Positions 59,268 to 64,000 of a DNA stretch of 64,000 nucleotides are shown here, one piece after another. The position numbers and the translations under genes are program-made. Origin of the DNA: a candidate division FCPU426 bacterium (lineage in GTDB: Bacteria > Oederibacteriota > Muellerivitia > Muellerivitales > Muellerivitaceae). The stretch spans positions 288,001 through 352,000 of the forward strand of contig CAVYSE010000003.1 in the NCBI GenBank assembly GCA_963771075.1, read 5' to 3'. The notes under the pieces are model-generated. The model saw only the letters and a list, made by a program, of their open reading frames with translations. It was not told the origin of the DNA and searched no databases. The stretch's first letter is position 1; each line of letters opens with the position of its first letter.

Positions 59268-59702
59268 CTACCCGTTTACCGTTGGAAATGCCTTCCCATT
59301 GCCTGCCAGGGTCTTCACTTTGAGGGTATCTTTTTTGGGCATTCGCAGAAAAACGCCAGGACATTTTTTGAAGCTGATCAAGACCCTCGGATAAAACAAA
59401 CTTTGGTATTCTTCGACGATCAGGTCTTCCCAGGGTATGAAAAGGGGCTCATGGCCCAGCCTCAACCAAGGTGTCACTTTCATGGAAAAGCCTGAGTAAT
59501 TCCCTCCCAGAAGAAGGCTAAAGCCATAATTGGCGATTCCCATACCACCCGAGCAAACAATCTCCTCACCCACATAGTGCGTCACATCGGGATAAACCTT
59601 CGCCAGTTTCGACCATCCCCCAGCACGAGAAGCGATGACGCCCGCGCTGGGCAGAGTGATGAGAAAAACGAGAAGGAGGATGGGGATAAAAAATGGGGGC
59701 AT
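59268..59702 (-). CDS. Hypothetical protein with N-terminal TM
   Basis: 144 aa; GGWSKLAKVYP, GHEPLFIPWEDL. Confidence 0.75.
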   Translation of the reverse strand: MPPFFIPILLLVFLITLPSAGVIASRAGGWSKLAKVYPDVTHYVGEEIVCSGGMGIANYGFSLLLGGNYSGFSMKVTPWLRLGHEPLFIPWEDLIVEEYQSLFYPRVLISFKKCPGVFLRMPKKDTLKVKTLAGNGKAFPTVNG

Positions 59703-59721
59703 GTATAAATTCCGCGATTCT

Positions 59722-59958
59722 TTATACTTTTTTGAGTAGCTCTAGATAATGCTCCGGGGTCATTTCTGTTTCTCTTAGAATTTCACGAATCAAAGGGCGG
59801 GCAATATCCTGGTTCCCATGATTCGGCAGGGTGGTTGTCTTTCCATCGGAAGCCCTGCGATAAAAAACGTGGCTTCCCTTCTGTCGAACCGGTTCAAACC
59901 CCGCCAATTTCAACAACTTATCCATTGTCCGGAAAGGAACAACGGGCAATCGGCTCAA
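59722..59958 (-). CDS. hicA: HicA family mRNA interferase toxin
   Basis: GFEPVRQKGSHVFY, TTLPNHG..DI. Confidence 0.92.
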   Translation of the reverse strand: MSRLPVVPFRTMDKLLKLAGFEPVRQKGSHVFYRRASDGKTTTLPNHGNQDIARPLIREILRETEMTPEHYLELLKKV

Positions 59959-60173
59959 ACGCCGACCTCAATTTGTTGAAGTCCAACAAAGTGTGGCAAA
60001 TCGGCGTCGCTACCCTCGTTTTCTTCCAGGCACAATTCCAAGACTTCCTTCAAATTCTTTTGAAGCTCATCAAGGGATTTTCCCTGGCTGTGGGCCCCTG
60101 ACATACCCGGCACTATTCCCACGTATTGTTTTGTTTCCTGGTCGAATTCCACATAAGCCGTAAATGTTTTCAT
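59955..60173 (-). CDS. hicB: HicB family antitoxin (short form)
   Basis: YVGIVPGMSGAHSQGKSLDEL..NLKEVLEL; GAGGTG SD; overlaps hicA. Confidence 0.9.
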   Translation of the reverse strand: MKTFTAYVEFDQETKQYVGIVPGMSGAHSQGKSLDELQKNLKEVLELCLEENEGSDADLPHFVGLQQIEVGV

Positions 60174-60275
60174 CTCGTCACCTCAAGAACAGGATACCAT
60201 CCCATCTGTTTTACATAAACCCATGTTGAATCTCGACTTTGGCAAATCTTGAAAGACGCTCCGTGAACATCAATT

Positions 60276-60455
60276 TCCCCCTTCCCCCATGCCCCATTGG
60301 AAAGAATGACATGGGGCATGGGGAGGTCCCCATTTTCATTTTTTAATATTTAACGGTGAAATGGGGGTGAAAAAGGGGGGTAGGGGGTATTAGTCTTTGG
60401 CAAAGCGATAAGAAAAGGCTATCTCCCCCTTATTCCCCCTCTTTCAGAGGGGGAG
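60276..60455. repeat. C-rich/G-rich REP-like palindromes
   Basis: CCCCATGCCCCAT...ATGGGGCATGGGG; CCCCCTCTTTCAGAGGGGG, also present at ~50311-50330. Confidence 0.6.
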
Positions 60456-60515
60456 ACTTAGTGTGTCTAGACTGAATTTGCCAAAGTTGAGCTGGATAAT
60501 GGTTTTTCCTAATTT

Positions 60516-60809
60516 TCATTTAAACAAATCGTTCCATTTGCTTTCCATGTCGTTTTTGGGGCCCGCAGGACCGGATTTGCCCTTGCCCCGTTCCGAAAAC
60601 TGGAACTCGTCGCAGAAGTTACGTTTTTCCTTCTGCTTGACCGGCTCGCTGGTTCGGCTCAGGCATTGGTTATAGGACCCGGCGTCGTAGTGGCGGCAGT
60701 TAAGGCAACAGTGGAGATCGGCCCCGCAAGAGGTGCAAGTTTCATCCCTCCCCGGCTGGGTGCCCGGAAGGGCCTCATATTCGGCTTGGCATGAATGGCA
60801 GTTTTTCAT
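60516..60809 (-). CDS. Cys-rich (Zn-binding) hypothetical protein
   Basis: CxxC, CTSCGADLHCCLNCRHY, C...NFCDEF; GGAGG SD. Confidence 0.8.
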   Translation of the reverse strand: MKNCHSCQAEYEALPGTQPGRDETCTSCGADLHCCLNCRHYDAGSYNQCLSRTSEPVKQKEKRNFCDEFQFSERGKGKSGPAGPKNDMESKWNDLFK

Positions 60810-60833
60810 GGGCTACCTCCAAAAGACATTCAA

Positions 60834-61007
60834 ACCGCGAAGACGCGAAGGAAATCATAAAATCCCAATTTTGTTGAACAAGATTCCAAATACGAAAATA
60901 AAATTCACGTAATAAAGCACCCCTCACCCTGTCCCTCTCCCTCAAGGGGCGAGGGTATTGGGTGCCCCAAGACTAAACTATGTTTTCCTTCGCGTCTTCG
61001 CGGTTAA
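60834..61007. repeat. Nested REP-like repeats
   Basis: ACCGCGAAGACGCGAAGGAA ... TTCCTTCGCGTCTTCGCGGT enclosing CCCCTCACCCTGTCCCTCTCCCTCAAGGGGCGAGGG. Confidence 0.7.
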
Positions 61008-61020
61008 ATCGAAATTAAGT

Positions 61021-62508
61021 TTACCTGCTGAGAACCTTCCCGATGGCCCATTTCCAGCCGGTCCAAAGCTTTTTTCGCTCTTCTTCCCTCATCTTTGGCG
61101 CGAATATCCTATCCACTTTACGTAGGCGTTGGATTTGCGAGGCGTTTTTCCAAAACCCCGTTTGTAACCCCGCCAGGAAGGCGGCTCCCAGCGCGGTGGT
61201 CTCTACCACCTGGGGTCGGTTGATCTTGATATTAAGGAGATCAGCCTGGAACTGCATGAGCAGGTTGTTCTTGCATGCCCCGCCATCCACCCGCAGTTCC
61301 CTCAACCTCACGTGGGAATCCTTGAGCATGGCCTCGACCAGATCCCGGCTTTGGAACGCCAGGGATTCCAGCGTGGCCCGGACTACATGCGCCCTGTTCG
61401 TTCCCCGGGTAATCCCAAGAAGGGCGCCCCTGGCTTTGGAATCCCAATAGGGGGCTCCCAGCCCCACAAAGGCCGGTACCAGGTAAACCCCTCCCGTATC
61501 CTTGACCGAAGCCGCGACTTTTTCCGACTCAGGTGAAGTTTTAATGAGTTGTAATCCGTCCCTGATCCACTGGATGGCGGCCCCACCGATGAAGACCGAG
61601 CCTTCCAGGGCATAGACCGGCAACCCCTTGGCGTCGCAGGCCAGGGTGGTTAAAAGCTTGTTCTTGGAGATCAATCTTTTCTTGCCAACGTTAAGGAGGA
61701 GAAAACAGCCGGTGCCATAGGTGTTCTTCAGGGTTCCAGGGTCGTGGCAGCCTTGGCCGAATAATGCGGCCTGCTGGTCCCCCGCAATGCCTGTGATGGG
61801 AACCCCCGCGCCCAGGTAACTTTTGCGGGAAGACTCCCCGAAATGGCTGGCGGAAGGCTGGGCCTGGGGGAGCAGGCTTTGGGGAACGTTCAGGATCTTC
61901 AGCAGGTCCTTGTCCCACTTCTTCGTGAAGATATTGAACAAAAGCGTGCGGGAGGCGTTGGAATAATCGGTGGCGTGGGATTTTCCCCCGGTTAGGTTCC
62001 AAAGAAGCCAAGTATCGATGGTGCCGAAAGCTAGGCGGCCCTGTTTGGCCTTTTGGAGGGCTCCCGGTACGTTCTTCAAGAGCCATTCCACCTTGGTGCC
62101 CGAGAAATAGGCGTCCAGGACCAGGCCCGTTTTGGAACGGAAAACTTTTTCCAATCCCCTCTTTTTAAGTTCCTCACAACGGGAGGCGGTGCGGCGGCAT
62201 TGCCAGACGATGGCGCGGTGGATGGGTTTGCCGGACTTGCGGTCCCAAACCACGGTGGTTTCCCGCTGGTTGGTGATGCCGATGGCGGCTATGTCTTTCG
62301 GTTTCACCCCGGCGCTTTTGAGCGCCTTCTTGCCCGTCGTTTCCACCGAATCCCAGATTTCCAGGGCGTCATGCTCCACCCAGCCGGGTTTGGGAAAATG
62401 CTGGGTGAATTCCTGGTAGGCGCTCCCCACCACCTTTCCCGTTTGGTCGAAAAGATAGGTGCGGCTCCCGGTGGTGCCTTGGTCGATGGCGAGGATCAAT
62501 TTGCCCAT
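61021..62508 (-). CDS. glpK: Glycerol kinase
   Basis: [56 protein letters not shown]. Confidence 0.98.
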   Translation of the reverse strand: MGKLILAIDQGTTGSRTYLFDQTGKVVGSAYQEFTQHFPKPGWVEHDALEIWDSVETTGKKALKSAGVKPKDIAAIGITNQRETTVVWDRKSGKPIHRAIVWQCRRTASRCEELKKRGLEKVFRSKTGLVLDAYFSGTKVEWLLKNVPGALQKAKQGRLAFGTIDTWLLWNLTGGKSHATDYSNASRTLLFNIFTKKWDKDLLKILNVPQSLLPQAQPSASHFGESSRKSYLGAGVPITGIAGDQQAALFGQGCHDPGTLKNTYGTGCFLLLNVGKKRLISKNKLLTTLACDAKGLPVYALEGSVFIGGAAIQWIRDGLQLIKTSPESEKVAASVKDTGGVYLVPAFVGLGAPYWDSKARGALLGITRGTNRAHVVRATLESLAFQSRDLVEAMLKDSHVRLRELRVDGGACKNNLLMQFQADLLNIKINRPQVVETTALGAAFLAGLQTGFWKNASQIQRLRKVDRIFAPKMREEERKKLWTGWKWAIGKVLSR

Positions 62509-63965
62509 GGGGGCCCCCATTGTTCTGCGCCGCGGGTATCCACGGCCTGGTTGGCGATGAGGATGAGGTCGTCCGCGTATTTTACCGGAAACCAGGGGAA
62601 CCCTTGGGACTGTAATTCCGGCAAATCCCCCTTGTGGGCCACGCAAAGAACCGGCGCTTTACCCTGAAAAAACGGCTTTAATTCGGCCGGGTTCTGGAAG
62701 ATGGGCTCGGCGGTATGGTCCGAAAAGAAAATCAACGCGTTATTGAGCGCCCAATAGTTTTCCCTCAGGGCCAGGACCTTGTCCCCCTGCTCGGCAAAAT
62801 GTTTCACATAAGGGGCGAGGACCCGCGGATCCTTTTCGCGGTTCGCGTCCATTTGGATCGGGAATATCGTGACCGCCAAAACCACTCCCAGGCAAAAACC
62901 GGTTGCCCCATTCAACAATCGAGCCCTCCCCAGTTGACCTTGGAACAGTTTTCCCAAACCGACCGACCCGGCCAGGGCCCAGGCAGGAAAAGCCGGCATC
63001 ATATAAAAGGGGAATTGGGTGCTCATGAGCGTGACCCCAATCGGAAGGGTCAGGCCCCACGCTAAAAGCAGTTGGCAGGTTTGCCGGTCCTTTAATTCCC
63101 CTCGAACGAGAAGAAAGAACCCGTAAAGGGAGAGGGGCAGCCAGGGCCAAAGATAAATGAACATGTCTTTCAACAAGGTCACCCGGCCCCAGGGAGTTTG
63201 GCCGCCCCCGATCTTGCCCAGGATGACGAACTTGAGGTGCTCATTCACGAATTCCTGGCCCCCCACCCTCCATTGGCTATAGACCCATGCCCCCGCCATG
63301 AGGACAAAAAGCGATATTCCCCCCAAAAAGCGGGGGTCCAATAGGGTCTTTTTGTCCTTGGAAATAATCACGGTCAATCCCGCCACCAGCGCCGGGTACA
63401 GGCCAAAGGCGCTTTTGGTCAATATCGCCAGCCCCACCCCCAGGCCCCAAAGCCAGTAATAGCCCCTTTGCCCCTTGAACGCTTTCAGGAAAGCGTAGAG
63501 GGACAGGGTGGTAAAAAAAGCCAGGGTTACATCCAGCATGCAATGCCGTGAATATTTGATGAAGAGGTAATTGGTCTCCAAAAACATTCCCGCGAAAAAA
63601 CCGCACCAAGGCCCGGAAACTTCCCGGCCCAAGCGGTAAACCAGGAGCACCGTCAGCAAACCCATTAGGGCCGAGGGAAACTTTGAGGCGAAAACACTGA
63701 TTCCGAAAATCTTGTCGGAGAGGGCGACCAGCCACATGAACAGCGGCGCGTTATGGAAAACGGGAAGGTGGTTATAGGTGAGGAACGACCAATGGCCCGA
63801 TTGGAGGATTTCCTTGCCTTCCTCGGCGTAAAAACAATCATCATAGGCCGCCATTCCGTTCTGGCCCAAACGGGTGAAGGATAGGCCCATCGCGAAGATG
63901 GCCAGGACCCAAACTTGGAAGTCTTCCTTGACCGCCGACTTGCGGGAGGTTTCCCCCTGGATCAC
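62496..63965 (-). CDS. ArnT/GT39-like membrane glycosyltransferase
   Basis: [35 protein letters not shown]. Confidence 0.85.
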   Translation of the reverse strand: MIQGETSRKSAVKEDFQVWVLAIFAMGLSFTRLGQNGMAAYDDCFYAEEGKEILQSGHWSFLTYNHLPVFHNAPLFMWLVALSDKIFGISVFASKFPSALMGLLTVLLVYRLGREVSGPWCGFFAGMFLETNYLFIKYSRHCMLDVTLAFFTTLSLYAFLKAFKGQRGYYWLWGLGVGLAILTKSAFGLYPALVAGLTVIISKDKKTLLDPRFLGGISLFVLMAGAWVYSQWRVGGQEFVNEHLKFVILGKIGGGQTPWGRVTLLKDMFIYLWPWLPLSLYGFFLLVRGELKDRQTCQLLLAWGLTLPIGVTLMSTQFPFYMMPAFPAWALAGSVGLGKLFQGQLGRARLLNGATGFCLGVVLAVTIFPIQMDANREKDPRVLAPYVKHFAEQGDKVLALRENYWALNNALIFFSDHTAEPIFQNPAELKPFFQGKAPVLCVAHKGDLPELQSQGFPWFPVKYADDLILIANQAVDTRGAEQWGPPWAN

Positions 63966-64000
63966 GGCTTCAAACCGGCGAAGGGTCCGGTGGGAAAACC

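Noticed and set aside
51390..60333. Degenerate extra sites: TGTCCAAGAAT after tag (~51390-51400), ATGGGGAGCC (~52099-52108), ATGGGGACC (~60325-60333); also TGTCCACTTCG at ~11934-11944
   Set aside because: Each matches only an arm or only the spacer, so it cannot be told from chance without a PWM scan.
1..64000. tRNA, rRNA or CRISPR loci
   Set aside because: None recognised by eye; no regularly spaced repeat-spacer units were seen.

Overview
Bacterial chromosomal window, mostly GC-rich with AT-rich accessory patches, probably from a diderm (it encodes an Omp85-type barrel). It looks like an indel-containing long-read or metagenome assembly, because several essential genes are frameshifted. 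Almost all genes are on the minus strand. Housekeeping content: dnaE (partial), guaA, guaB, ridA, rel/spoT, an O-antigen-ligase/GT-C glycosylation cluster, HU, OGG-type and Tag glycosylases, and glpK. It also holds a complete dcw cluster ([74 protein letters not shown]), followed by a deacetylase, an amidase and pgeF. There are two accessory patches (~11.8-12.9 kb and ~50-60.5 kb). The most striking observation is at 55.9-59.3 kb: an integron-like array of co-oriented modules (hypothetical+hicBA, vapBC, hflX, mntA-hepT, and two diverged alleles of a secreted-protein gene). The modules are separated by four directly repeated 28-bp imperfect palindromes with 11-6-11 architecture (TGTCCACGAYG-GGGACY-variable arm), which resemble neither attC nor canonical dif. 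No tyrosine recombinase is in the window, but a RAYT-like HUH transposase with its own inverted repeats sits at the end of the array. Other observations: an ISL3-type MITE with an 8-bp TSD, toxin-tip/immunity/PQQ-fragment remnants at two loci, two atypical STAS genes and a coupled uORF inside the dcw operon, and many REP-like intergenic repeats. All calls come from motif reading by eye; no database searches were run.
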